From NCBI RefSeq assembly GCF_009914755.1, contig NC_060928.1: a stretch of DNA of 64,000 bases; one strand, written 5' to 3'. A model generated the notes under the pieces. That model ran no database searches. It had not been told where the DNA came from and saw only the letters and a list, made by a program, of their open reading frames with translations. Both the position numbers and the translations under genes were made by a program. Positions 1-12,243 of the stretch are shown here, in pieces. Every line of letters begins with the position of its first letter. The stretch's first letter is position 1. Source of the stretch: the human T2T-CHM13v2.0 reference genome, Homo sapiens.

Positions 1-414
1 TAAATAATCACTACCAAAATTAGGTAATGGTCTCATACTGCATGTGGGTAATTCATGAATTTCATTTCATATCACTTCTCATTTCTACAAGGTTTTAGGT
101 ACAATATGAAAAATGCTCATAGACACTTAACATTTGCCCGAGTGACAGAGACTATATCTTCTTGTTTCTTTCTTCCATGTACCAGTAGGAACTAAGAAAC
201 TTTGAAGCATATTCAAAGAATTCTGTTTCTTTGGTAGGAAGGCTGGCTGTGCATAAAGGCTGGCTCCTGCTGCATGGTTAGAATCTTGAGATATAATTTA
301 GCTTTTCAGAAAAAGACATCATGTACGTGTCACAAAGTCTAGTCTCTGAATTTTTTTTGTTTCTTATTTGCTGAAAAATACCTATTCTACTTCCTGAAGC
401 AAGTTCATATATTT

Positions 415-2300
415 AAAAATATAACAGCTTTATTGAGTTATAAATCAAATACCATAAAGTTTATGCTTTTAACATGTAAAATTCAGTGCTTTAAATATAT
501 CCACAAAGTTATTCAACCCTCAGGGCTATCTATTTTAAGGATATTTTCATCACTCTAAGAAGAAACTGTACATCCAATAGTAGTCACCCCCGACTTCCCC
601 CTTTTCTCAGCCTCTGACAACCATTAATCTACTTTATCTTTCTATGAATTTGCCTATTCTAGACATTTCACATAAAGGGAAACATATGATATGTGATCTT
701 TGTAACTGGCTTCATTCACTTACTATTATATTTTTAAGATTTACCACTGTTGTAGCTTGAACTGATACTTCTATTCCTTTGCATTGATAAATAATATTCC
801 ATTGTCTAGGTGTACCATATTTTATTTATCCATTGATTAATTAATAAACATTTCAGTTGTTTCCGCTTTTCCTCCATTATGAATAATGCTGTTATGAACT
901 TTGTGAGCAAGATTTTATGAGGACATAATTTTTTTCATTTCTGTTGGATATATACATATATATATATATATACCTAGGAATAGAAATGATCCTTCCTTTG
1001 GTAACTCTATGTTTACCACTTTCAGGAACTACCAAGTTAGTTTCCAAAGTGACCATACTGTTTAGTGTCTCCATTGGCAATATACGAGGGTTCAATTTCT
1101 CCACATCTTCACCACCACTTATTTCATGTTATTTGTTATCATTCTTATTATTATTGCTGCTGCTGCTGTTGTTATTATTGCAATCCTAGTGGATGTGAGG
1201 TGATATCTCATTATGTTTTTGATTTGCATAGTTATAATAACTAATAACAAGCATCTTTTCCTGTGCTCGTTGGCCATTTATAGATCTTCTTTGGAGAAAT
1301 GTCCTTTCAAATTTTTCGATCATTTTAAATCGGGTTATTTTTCTATATTTTTAGGTTGTAAATCTTCTTTATATAAATTGGATATAAATCCTTTATCAGA
1401 TCTATGATTTGCAAATATTTTCTGCCCCCCTCTGGGTTTTATTTTCACTTCCTTGATGTTATCATTTCTAGAATAAGAGTTTTATATTTTTTGAATCTAT
1501 ACTTTTTCTGTGCTTAGAACTTTTATTGTATCTAAGAAACCATTACTTAACCCAAGGTCCCAAAACTTTTCTCTTACATTTTCATCTAAGATTTTTAGAG
1601 TTTTAGCTCTTACATTTAGGTCTATGATATATTTTGAGTTAATTTTTGTATGTGATATGATATAGTGGCCCAAGTTTTTTCTTTTGCATGAGACATCCAG
1701 TTTATTCCAGTTCCATTTGTTGAAACATCTATTCTTTCCCTATGGAATGGTCTTGGCCCTTTGTTGAAATACAATTGACTATAAATATGAGTTCTTATTT
1801 CTGAACTCTTAATTCAATTTCATCAGTACATATCTCTGTCCTAATACCAGTCCCCACTATCTTGATACCTGCAACTTGTGGCAATTTTGAAATCATAATG
1901 TGTGAGTCCTCCAGTTTTGCTCTTTTTCAGGATCATGTTGACTCTTCTGAGTCTCTTGCATTTCCATGTGAACTTTATGATCGTCTGTACGATAAGCAGT
2001 AGGATTTTGATGGGGATTGTGTTGAATCTGTAGATCAATTTGGGAAGCACTGTCATTTAAACAGTATTATCTTCCAATACATGAGCATGTCTTTCCACTT
2101 ACTTAGATCTTTAATTTCTTTCAAAAATATTTTGTAGTTTCCAGTGTACAAGTCTTACTCTTGTTAAATATATTTCTATTTTGTTCTTTTTGATACTATT
2201 GTGAGTGACATTGTTTTATTAAATTTATTTTTGATTGTTCATTGCCAGTATGTAGAAATATAACTGATTTTTGTACATTGAACTTGTGTCCTAAAACCTG
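415..2300 (-). mobile_element. Old L1 (L1MB/L1MC-like) 3' UTR plus C-terminal ORF2 remnant
   Basis: Starts with the reverse L1M 3' end (ACAGCTTTATTGAG...). ORF 1841-2056(-) MTVLPKLIYRFNTIPIKI...GGLT resembles L1 ORF2p (compare the 48523-49848 ORF). Internal (TA)n near 948-972. Confidence 0.9.
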
Positions 2301-3559
2301 TGTGAAGCAGATACCTTTTTTTATATGTACTGTATTGCCACTTTTAAATCAAATATGGAGTGGCTAGTAAAACTTTTACTCCTAAGCTTTATTTCTTTAT
2401 TAAAGCTTATAATAATTTCTTTAAGCAGAGGAAGTATTTACCTAATACCTTCTGCTTCCATAGCCATCAATAAATATTTTAATAAGGTACTGTACAAAGC
2501 AAAATGGATTTAAGAAGATATTTGATATGCTCCCTAGTCTCTATAAGCTTATTATCTAGTGGAAAAGGGGATACAGATGCATAAATGTTTACATGTAGTG
2601 TTACAGGTCCCATAGTTGATGCATAATACAAACTAGTAAGTTATCTACCTTGTTTGAAAGTAGATTTACCTGTCCTTTTATGCTTAGAAAGAAACTTATT
2701 GTATTTTGTTTTGCTTAACTCAGAATTTTAATTAAGTAAGTAATCTTTGAAAATAGAATAACATGTCCATTATTTTGCTTACAAAATACTGATAATTGTA
2801 ACACAATGAAACATAAGCAGGGACCTGACACTGGCAAAGTTAGCATATTTGTAAATAAAGGTTTAACAGTTCGCATACTTTATCTTTCCACTATAAATGT
2901 TTTAAGCACCTTTCTAACTTATTAAAGATATTTCAATTTAATTTTATATCAAAAATCACAAGACATTTGGGCTTTAAGACTTTCCATCGTCTTATTGTCT
3001 TTAATAATATCTCTGTGGTCAGTTAATATTTTAAGTACTTTTTGGCTATTTGCTATGAAAACTTTAAAATAACTATAGTTAATTTTAATATACAGTGATT
3101 ATTTTAAAATGCACCTATTATGTAATTATTTACTATTGCTTTCTAAATTTAATTACACATTGAACATATTAGCTAAGTGTAAATATGATATGCATATTTT
3201 CATTGCATGTATTTAAGTAAAGCAACTCTTATTTAAAACCACCACTCCTATCCCCACTTCACCCCTTTCACACATTTGTCATTCCTAAAGTATCTGCCCC
3301 TCTTTGCATCTGTTAGTCACTGTCATAGTGTCTGGAATAGTAAGTATTTATAGTGTTTTCAAAGGAAGGAATGAATGAATGAACAGAGGGAACACGTATT
3401 GAATTTTCAAGGAAGTATAAATCACTATGAAACTGAGTATTGAGAGAAGTTTCTAAAGACACTATAAGACACAAAAAGATTTATAGGATTTCCATAATTA
3501 GAGAAGAAAAGACAAGGGATTTGAGGTATGAACAAGGGTATGGAGGTGAAAATGTGATT

Positions 3560-4110
3560 GCATCTGAAGAAAATGAGCAGATAAATTTGACTGGATTAGA
3601 CACAGACATGGGCAGTATATGGTCCTACCAAATTTTACATGCCAGAATGGGAGGCAATGGATGGGAACAGGGAAACATCGATAATGATTTCAAGTTTCCA
3701 TAGTAGGTTACTGGAAGGATAGTATTGCTCATGTTAAAAACTGAGAAAACCACAGGATAATTTGGCTTTGAAGAAATAATTTTGACTTTAAAAAAAAAAA
3801 AACATGTTATTCGGTGAGACAAGACACCTCAATAGAAATGTCTGGTAGGTAATCAGAAATGTGAGACTGGCGCTTGAAGGCAAAGACTGAAGTAGTGGTA
3901 TGGGTTTGAGAGATAGTCGTTAAAACTGTGAGAGTAGGTCTCAGAGGAAGAAATGGTTATGGTGCAACACGGGGTGGAGGAATGGCTCTTAGTGCTAGGG
4001 AAGGCTAATGCCGAATGGGCATGAGGAAGAAATGGTGACACAGGATGAGAAGCAAGAGTGTATGGACAGAACAAAGCATCCCATTATCCACAAAATAGTT
4101 TCAGGATGAA
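3560..4110 (-). mobile_element. L2 fragment
   Basis: Degenerate purine-rich antisense L2-like sequence; a plus-strand L2 tail (GAATGAATGAA) lies at about 3320-3382. Confidence 0.5.
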
Positions 4111-4923
4111 GGATGCAATTCATTCAATTAAACCTTATTTGAGTATATAATGAATACACAAAAAAGATTTTAAGCAGCTCATAGTCCACTGAAGAAAACA
4201 GAATTTTAACTGGAAGAAAAAAGAGCTTTACAGATATAGGAAAACTCTTATTATAAGATCATAGGAAGAACAACTTTGCATAAAGAAGTTAAAGATTATT
4301 TCATAATGACTTTCTGATGTCTTCAAAGGTGGTTTTTGTGAACAGAAAAAAACTGTGTAGGAGTTTCTTTGCCTTTAAAAATTAATGTATAATATATTAA
4401 AATTGCAAATCAAAATATCTGCTCCCTTATTAAACCTCTAACGTTATAAACCTTTAGTCTCAGTCTCTCTCTCCCTCTCTCCTCTCCTCTCCTCCCTCTC
4501 CCTATCCACTCATTGTTTTAACAACCGCTTTTAAGTCTTTGAATAATATTGGTATCATTTAAACAATTAAACACCTTCAAGTATAAAAACTGCATTTATA
4601 AATTAATTATATTTGATTACCCTTTTAAAGTACTGCACTTTAGTTACATAAATAACAAAATGTCCCAAATATTTTAATAATTCCAATAAATGTTTAAGTA
4701 TATGGCATCTTGAGTTTGTTTACAAGTTCCAATACTATATATATAATTAATAAAATTTTTACTTTAAAATTACATATCTAAATTATTCAGTTGTATATTA
4801 CTTCACTTAGGCACACTACGAGTACACAAAATACTGTACTAGAACATAAAATGGCAATATATCTGACATCAATATGTTAATGTCTTTGGTTTTATTCTCG
4901 TAAACATTTCTGTTACTCTTTAG

Positions 4924-5084
4924 GTTTGAAAGAAGCTTATCCATCAAAACAAAAAGTAGGTCATCCTAAGCAATTTGAGGGATACTCAGCCATGATATTG
5001 ACAGGTTTTTTTTCAGCATTATTTTGGAACATACTGAGATCTAGAAGTAATTTTAATATAATTCTATAAATTGGAAGAACTCAG
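4924..5084 (+). other. Candidate non-coding exon
   Basis: Acceptor TTTCTGTTACTCTTTAG|G and donor CAG|GTAATA, 161 nt apart, in unique-looking DNA. No frame stays open across it. Confidence 0.25.
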
Positions 5085-6384
5085 GTAATACATAATCTAT
5101 TATGAGTCGAGAAACTACCCCTACATTTATATGTTTGCTTGAATTTTAGATATTTCGACTCCTAAGATATAAAAATGATTTTGCTCCGTTTAAAGACCTT
5201 TGAACTTCATGAAGACCTTTACTTTTTTTATATATCTTCAGAATGAACAGAGTTATTATGGGTTAAGAATGGCAGGTTAATTCTGAATATATCTCATTGG
5301 ACAAATACAGTTAGAAAACAGAGTCACATTAAATTTAGGGCTCTGTGATACTTTCTATCAGGATCTTAGTATGAGTAAAGCAAGCATAGTATACATGACT
5401 GGAAAAATTAGTTTCCATTTTGAAGGGCATTGTATGCGAAACTGCGGAGTTTGGATTTTACCCCATGTGACAGGTTTTTGTGAGTGTAAAGCAAGATGTA
5501 TATGGCAGCAATGTGATGGATCGCTTAGAGAAGCACTAATGTTTGGCAGGGAGCTATGAAGTTGTTGCAGAAGTACAAGCAAAAAATGGTGAGTGCTAGG
5601 TTTAAGACTATGGAAGCCAGGAGAAGTTTGGTATCTGTGATAGGATTTTGTGACCTATTGATTGCAAGGTTGAGAGATAGAGAACAAACAAAACAATATG
5701 GAAATTTAGATTTTGGAAGATTTGGAGCATTATATCATAAACTGGGCCCTCTTTAGGGAGTCCTCAGTGGCCTTTCTTCCTGCCATTGCACTGGTCAACA
5801 CGTTTAATAGTTACCACTACTTAGCCATGCAACACATTTTATTTCTAGTTTAATGCATTATTATTGTACAGGCATAAACAATTATATACAAATACATGAG
5901 AAGTACTTTCTATGTTACTTTCTGCCTTATAGGCTTCTGTTGAATTATGAAACTGATAGGCTATAAACATGATCTTAAGCTTTGGAAAATGTTTTCTAAG
6001 AAAGATAAATGGTGAATTTAATATTAAATAAATTTCCCCAGGATATAATGCCTTTATCTCTTTTTTATTTTCTGTACTCTTTGGTTTTCATAAATCTTGG
6101 TTTATTATTCTGTATTCTCTTGAGTATGTGGTTTACATCCCACTTATTGGGTAGGTGATTTCTATTTTATGGCTTAAATGAGGGAGGAGGATTTTTGTTA
6201 TCTGGTTAATCCTGATTATGGGAAACAGATTATGTAACAGTCAACCACTTTTAGTGATCTCTTAAGAATCTTGAAGAAAATCTAATTTTCAAAGATATGA
6301 GTAATTATTCAAATATAATAATATTGCAATTTAAACTGGTTTCTCTTTATTGTGGTTTATTGGTCTGAGGATAATAAAGTGCTG

Positions 6385-7010
6385 TATTCAGTAGTCAACA
6401 AATATTTGACTCCTACTACATCCAAAACTCTGTTCTAGGCACAGAACACAGAATGTACAGAATACACAAAAATAAACAAAAATCCCTACCCTGGGGATGT
6501 GGTTTACATTCAGGTGAAGGCAGACAGACAAATAAAATTTACACATATGCACATACACAAACTAAATATAAATATATACACACATATATGATACATTATA
6601 CTATTTTGATAAGTGCTTTAAAGAAAAATAAAGCAGAGAAGAGGAATAATAATAAATGAGGGGCATGGGGGCACGAGGGGAGTGGAGAGTCACAGTATAA
6701 CTAGAGAAGGCCTCAGAGAAAATATACAGGTATTTGGGAAAAATTGGAAGGAAGTGAGGGAAATAAATTACAGTGATCAGAGGAAAATACTTGACAGGTA
6801 TAGGAAACAGCAAATGCTAAGGTTCTGCGGTGGCCTAAGAAAAGTGTCCTTGAGTAACGAAGACAAGGATGGCAGTATGGGTGTATCTGAAGAGGGCAGC
6901 AAGAGTGAAAGTCAGAGAAAAAACGGGGAGAGAGCAGTCATTGCAGGAATGATGGGCCATTTTAAAATGTCGACTTTAAGCGACATGTTGAGGCATTGGA
7001 GAGTTTAACT
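6385..7010 (-). mobile_element. L2a fragment including 3' end
   Basis: TCAACAAATATTTGA...CCTACTA...TGTTCTAGGCAC is the reverse L2 3' end, followed by degenerate L2 body. Confidence 0.7.
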
Positions 7011-7818
7011 TGTATTCTTTAGCAGAAACAAGGCTACAAAATGAATGGAAAAACTAGGTCTTGAACCTAAGTAACCTAAGTCTCTAAACTTTGCCAGTGC
7101 AATTCACATAATATAGTGAAGCAATCTTAGAGAATTGGAAGTTTGGGAAATTTAGGTCTTCATCTTGCCTTTGAATAGTTCCAAAGCTGTATAGTTGGCC
7201 GAGTATTTTCTCTGCTCTGAGTGACCTAAATATGTAATATAAGAAGTTCCTTCTTGCTTAAAATTCCTCATTCTACATTCTCAAAACTTTGACCATATAT
7301 AGAGAAAGCTAGGAATCATGTAAATCTTTTTCCTATAGATAAGATTTATGATTATCTTTGTAATATTACGAAATAACAGCAAGTTACAACCCTCTAGAAA
7401 ATTAACAGTCTATTCTATAAAAGATTAATGCTAAAAAGCAAGCAAACCAAACTAGCCCCTTTTATTCACTAGTCTTACCATAACATTTGAAGTTTATGTA
7501 TACAGTTAAAGTTGAATAATAGAACAAAATATATTCTTGTATTTTCATTCTATTGTTCATTAGTGGAGAAAACAGAAGAAAAATGAGTTGTATTTATTTC
7601 TTTCCTTTTACTTTTTTGAACGTCACATTATTCTTTAATATGAGCTCTGGAAATTGATTCTACTGTATAGAGTAGGCCACAAAGTTTAAACCAATCTATA
7701 AGGGAGAAAATTCATGTTCATTTCCTTTAAGGATCTCTTTGCTTTAAAAAATCTTGGCAGCAAAATGTTAACTTTTGTGTAAGTCTTATCTCAGGTAGTA
7801 AAAACAATTAAAAGTACC

Positions 7819-8211
7819 TGCCTTAGTCCATTTTGGGCTGCTATGACAGAATACCAGAGATGGAGTAGTTTATAAAATACATAACTTTATTTATTGTAGT
7901 TCTAGAGACTGGGAAGTTCAAGATCAAGGAGTCTGCATCTGGTGAGGTTCTTCTTGCTGCATCATCTTATGGAAGAAAACATAAGAGCAGAAGACCGTAC
8001 AAAAAGGGGATGAGATAAGGGTCAAACTCATCCTTTTATCAGGAAACTACTCTCCAGATAACAGACTAACATTTGTGATAATGGCATTAATCAATGATAG
8101 CAGAGTCTTCATGAACTAATTACCTCTTGAACATCCCACCTCTCAATATTGTTGCATTGGGGATTAATATTCCAACACATGAGCTTTTGGGGACACATTC
8201 AAATCATAGTA
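7819..8211 (-). mobile_element. ERVL-MaLR solo LTR (MSTC/MSTD-like)
   Basis: TGCCTTAGTCCATTTTGGGCTGCTATGACAGAATACC...GGGGACACATTCAAATCATAGTA; flanks GTACC/CTACC form a 5-bp TSD with one mismatch. Confidence 0.85.
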
Positions 8212-8217
8212 CTACCC

Positions 8218-8626
8218 TGTGTTAATCTGTTCTTGTGTTATTTATAAAGGAAAACCTGAGGCTAGGTAATTTATAAAGAAAAGAGTTTTAATTGGCTCAT
8301 GGTTCTCCAGGTTGTACAGGCCCCTCACCTGCTTTTGGTGAGGGGCTCAGGAAGTTTACCATATTGGCAGAAGGCAAAGCGTGAACAGGCATGTCACAAA
8401 CAAGAGGGGAAGCAAGAGTTGAGAGTGGAGGTGCCACACTCTTTTAATCATCCAGCTCTCACATGAACTCAGAGGAAGAACTCACTCATACTGCAAGGAG
8501 GGCACCAAGCCATTCAGGAAGGATCTGCACTTATGACCTAAACAGCTCCCACCAGGCCCCATCTCCAACATTGGGAATCACAGTTCAGCATGAGATTTGG
8601 AAGGAATAAACATCCAAACCATATCA
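8218..8626 (-). mobile_element. ERVL-MaLR solo LTR (MSTB-like)
   Basis: TG...GGTAATTTATAAAGAAAAGAG...CATCCAAACCATATCA; perfect TSD TACCC at 8213-8217 and 8627-8631. Confidence 0.9.
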
Positions 8627-8949
8627 TACCCAAAGCAGTTAACAATCTTGGGCAACCTCTTAGGTCCATCCACAACCACTTGCCCTACCTAATTTCGCAA
8701 AGCATTTTTGAAATTTGTGTTCACAGTATATGAGAAGGGAAAGGATGCTATCTTAAATGTTATGTACTGTTTCATTTTATTAATGTAATCATATATGACC
8801 CAATATCCACAGCCACTGATGTCAATTTTGATCAAAGTTGCTTTTAAAAAATACAAATGAAACTTGTTTTCTTTCTGGAAACAAATATGGATTTATATAT
8901 AATTCTAGCTCCCAAATTCTTTCCGTCTCTGCTCAAAATGAGTTACCAA

Positions 8950-9115
8950 TGCCTAACATATCAGAATCACCTTAGAATTTCATAAAAATTACAAATTCCT
9001 GAATACACAACCCAGAAAAGATAACAAAATATCTGAGAATGAAGCCTAGGAATGTGTATTTAAAAAATGCCAAATTTTTATAAATTTTAAGAACTATCAG
9101 CTTGGAGAATGTGTA
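8950..9115. mobile_element. MER5-like hAT-Charlie MITE
   Basis: ATCAGAATCACCT...GAAGCCTAGGAATGTGTATTT, degenerate MER5 motifs. Confidence 0.55.
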
Positions 9116-9828
9116 GGTGCAGTTAATCCTTATTGTCCCAGGAAATTGGCACACTGACCCTGAGTAGTCGGGGCTCTAGGATGGTACACTGGTGCAATGA
9201 GAAGAACTTATATACTACTTCTGACTTTCCTGATTTATTGCCTACTTTTTCAAAATATGTAAATCCCCATAGGTGGCTAAGCGAGCACTTTCAGGTTATT
9301 TGGAAAACTGAACAGGGAGTTTAGTGACCACTGAACTTCACTACTCTTTCAGAAAACAAATACATTCCAGTGGCCTTAGAGAATTCATTAACATTCCAAA
9401 ACTTATCTGCGGGTAGTAGTTTACACTGGAGGACCTAGCTCAATCTCTATAATATTGTGTGTCATAGAAGTATATTAATGGTTACACTATGTAGTTCCAA
9501 GTGTTAAAGATTTTATAGTTAGGTTTCACTGTTCATTACTTTTAAACTAACAATCATTTTTTCACATCTAGTTTGATTTTCTTTTCCTTACAAGATGACA
9601 GATTTTCTACTTTTTCTTATCTTTTTACTGGCAGCTTCTTGTCTCCTTTTATTAATGTTTAAATCTTCAATTTACAGCCCTAATATACCTATATAATGAT
9701 AGCTTGATTCTTTTGCATCTAAGGGTGGAAATGAAAACATAACAACATTTTTTGCTCTTTTTACTTCCCATTTCTTTAAATATAAATTGAAAATATTAGA
9801 AGAGCTAGATCCAACCACTAAAGCCTGT

Positions 9829-10075
9829 CATCACATGGACACATAGAGGGGATCAACACACATTGGGGCACACATTGGAGGGTGCAGGATGGGAGGAGGG
9901 AAAGGATCAGGAAAAACAACCAATGGGTACTAGGCTTAATACCTCGGTGATGACATAGCTGTGCAACAACCCCCTATGATACACATTTACCTATGTAACA
10001 AACCTGCACATGTACCCCTGAACTTAAAATAGAAGTTAAAAATAATAATTAAAATATATAATAAATTAATAAATA
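9829..10075 (+). mobile_element. L1PA13-16-like 3' end
   Basis: ACATGGACACATAGAGGGGA...GGGTACTAGGCTTAATACCT...ACCTATGTAACAAACCTGCACATGTACCCCTGAACTTAAAAT plus A-rich tail. Confidence 0.9.
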
Positions 10076-12192
10076 AAAGCACATTTTTCAGTTATGTGAC
10101 TACAACAGAAGGATTATATCTTCAATTTCCCCACTCCACCTTGTTTGAAGATAGCATGAAATCTTGGAGTCTATAAATGTACATTATTTTGTTTGCAGAA
10201 TTATACCAAATTTTAAATATATAATTATATGGTGACAGAATGTATACATTATATAGAGGAAAAATATAATTAATTTGTATGAAATATATGGATAACAATA
10301 CAGTTAGAATAATAAAGAACATATTTTATTTATTTCGGTACATATTTAGCTTTTCAGCGAGACTTGGTTCCTTCAAAATAAATCAGTCATTATATCTACA
10401 ACATCTGGGCCATATAGATACTCAATAAATATTGGATGAATGAGTGAATGAGTGAGTGGGTAGGTGAGTAAGTGAATAAATGCTAATTGCAGAACTGGAA
10501 AAACTGATACATCAGTGATGTTGGAATTTTTTAATTTTTTTAAACCAAAGGAAGCTTTTGGTCTCTCAATATCTCATCTGACTTCATATACTATACCAGC
10601 AATCACAGGCAAAGTGTTATAATTAAAAGCAACCTATGTTATTTTATATCCAATAGGTAATACCTAGTTTTCCAGAGAGCATTTTGTAATAAAAATATTT
10701 CTCAAGTAAATTCATGATGACCTGAATAGTATTTTTCACATCACTGCATGAGTCTGTGCACTTAAGTTCCTTTAAAGACCAACTTTTTCATAGAACATTA
10801 GAATTCAAGTTTGAGAAACCCTATATGCCCTGATACTTCTGCTTTTGCAAACTATGTATAGGTACTTCTTGTTATTTTATATTTCTGTGTAAGAAAAATA
10901 GTGAATCTTTTCTATATAAACCTTTATCATGAAAAAGGAAAAAAATAAAACATGTGCATTAAAAAATAAGAAATATCAAGAAGTACTTGTTTAAATCCCA
11001 AGTCTTAAGATAATTTGCCTGTCCTATTTGACATGTTAGAAACAATACTAAATAGCTGACACTGTGAAATTCCAGTGATGTTTAAAACATAGATGATTAT
11101 ACACTTTTTTCTATGTGTACTATTTTTATAGAATATTTTATGTAAGAAAGGGAAAGTAAGTATAAACTCTCAATTTGTCTAAAAGCAAATGAAGTCTTTA
11201 AAAACTTGTTTAAAATTAGCAATATCATAATATTTCAAATGCTAAAATATGAATTAAAATTCTGTCTTTTTAAATAAGCATTTGGAGTGATACAAAAGTC
11301 AAGAATTGATGGTAATAGTATAATTATTTATACTGCTATAGGGGTAAGATTGCATAATTTGTAATCATACAATTTATGTTGCTTGAAAATAAAATCCTGC
11401 ACCCTGAATTTGATCTACAAAGACATCTTTCAAAATCCTGGGAAAGTGATTTTTAGTCTACTTAAATTATTTTGTGTTAAGATTTTAATACGCTGTAAGT
11501 ATCAATAAGCTGTGTAGTTTATTTGGAGTGAAATTATAATTTATGCCTACATGTATCAAATTTTCAAATAACAATACATGTCAGAAAAAAACTTTTTCTG
11601 CATATAGAATATGCCATTGATTTTATGTAAACTATTTCAGTAAGTTGTGACTGATGTAAAAATCAAACATAATAGGATTATTATATAAACAGAAAGCTTA
11701 TATAGATTATAAAAATAGACTGAGCTAGTTGTTCTCTGAAGTCATTATTTGTAAATGAAGATGACTAGAACGTTGACCTGACAATAATAAATGAACCAAT
11801 TGTAGCCTATTAGGAAGATGGATTAACCAGAAAATTTAGATTAAGCCAATAAAATCTATACCAATGATTGGCTCCCAGTATTATCAATTTTATTTGTCCC
11901 ATGTCCAAGCTTAGTACTTATTTACAAATTCATCTTCTATTTATGGACTGAATCTGCATTCTAGTTTTAAGAACTGCATACTCCTTCCAGGGTTCATATC
12001 ACCCTTCCTCACCTCTTTGTGCTTTGCCATTAACTTCTCCTGGGAGCTTCCTTGCCATAACTTCCCCAAGCCTCACTCACCAACAAACACTAATATTGTC
12101 TTACCAAAACACACTGTATCACTTAAGAACCATCTCAAAGACCATCACCTCCGGAAACTTCAATTGTGAGCCCCTCAATGGGGAAAAGCTTT

Positions 12193-12243
12193 TGTGTATG
12201 TGTGTGTGTGGGGGGGTGTGTGTGTGTGTGTGTGTGTGTATGT
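12193..12243. repeat. (TG)n microsatellite, interrupted
   Basis: TG run with an internal G7 tract. Confidence 0.95.

Noticed and set aside
6682-7008. 108-aa plus-strand ORF, and similar ORFs at 19745 and 21899
   Set aside because: They lie in purine-rich antisense L2 or LTR relics and resemble no protein I recognise.
7819-8626. Possible 5' and 3' LTR pair of one collapsed provirus
   Set aside because: The two LTRs differ in sequence and each has its own TSD.
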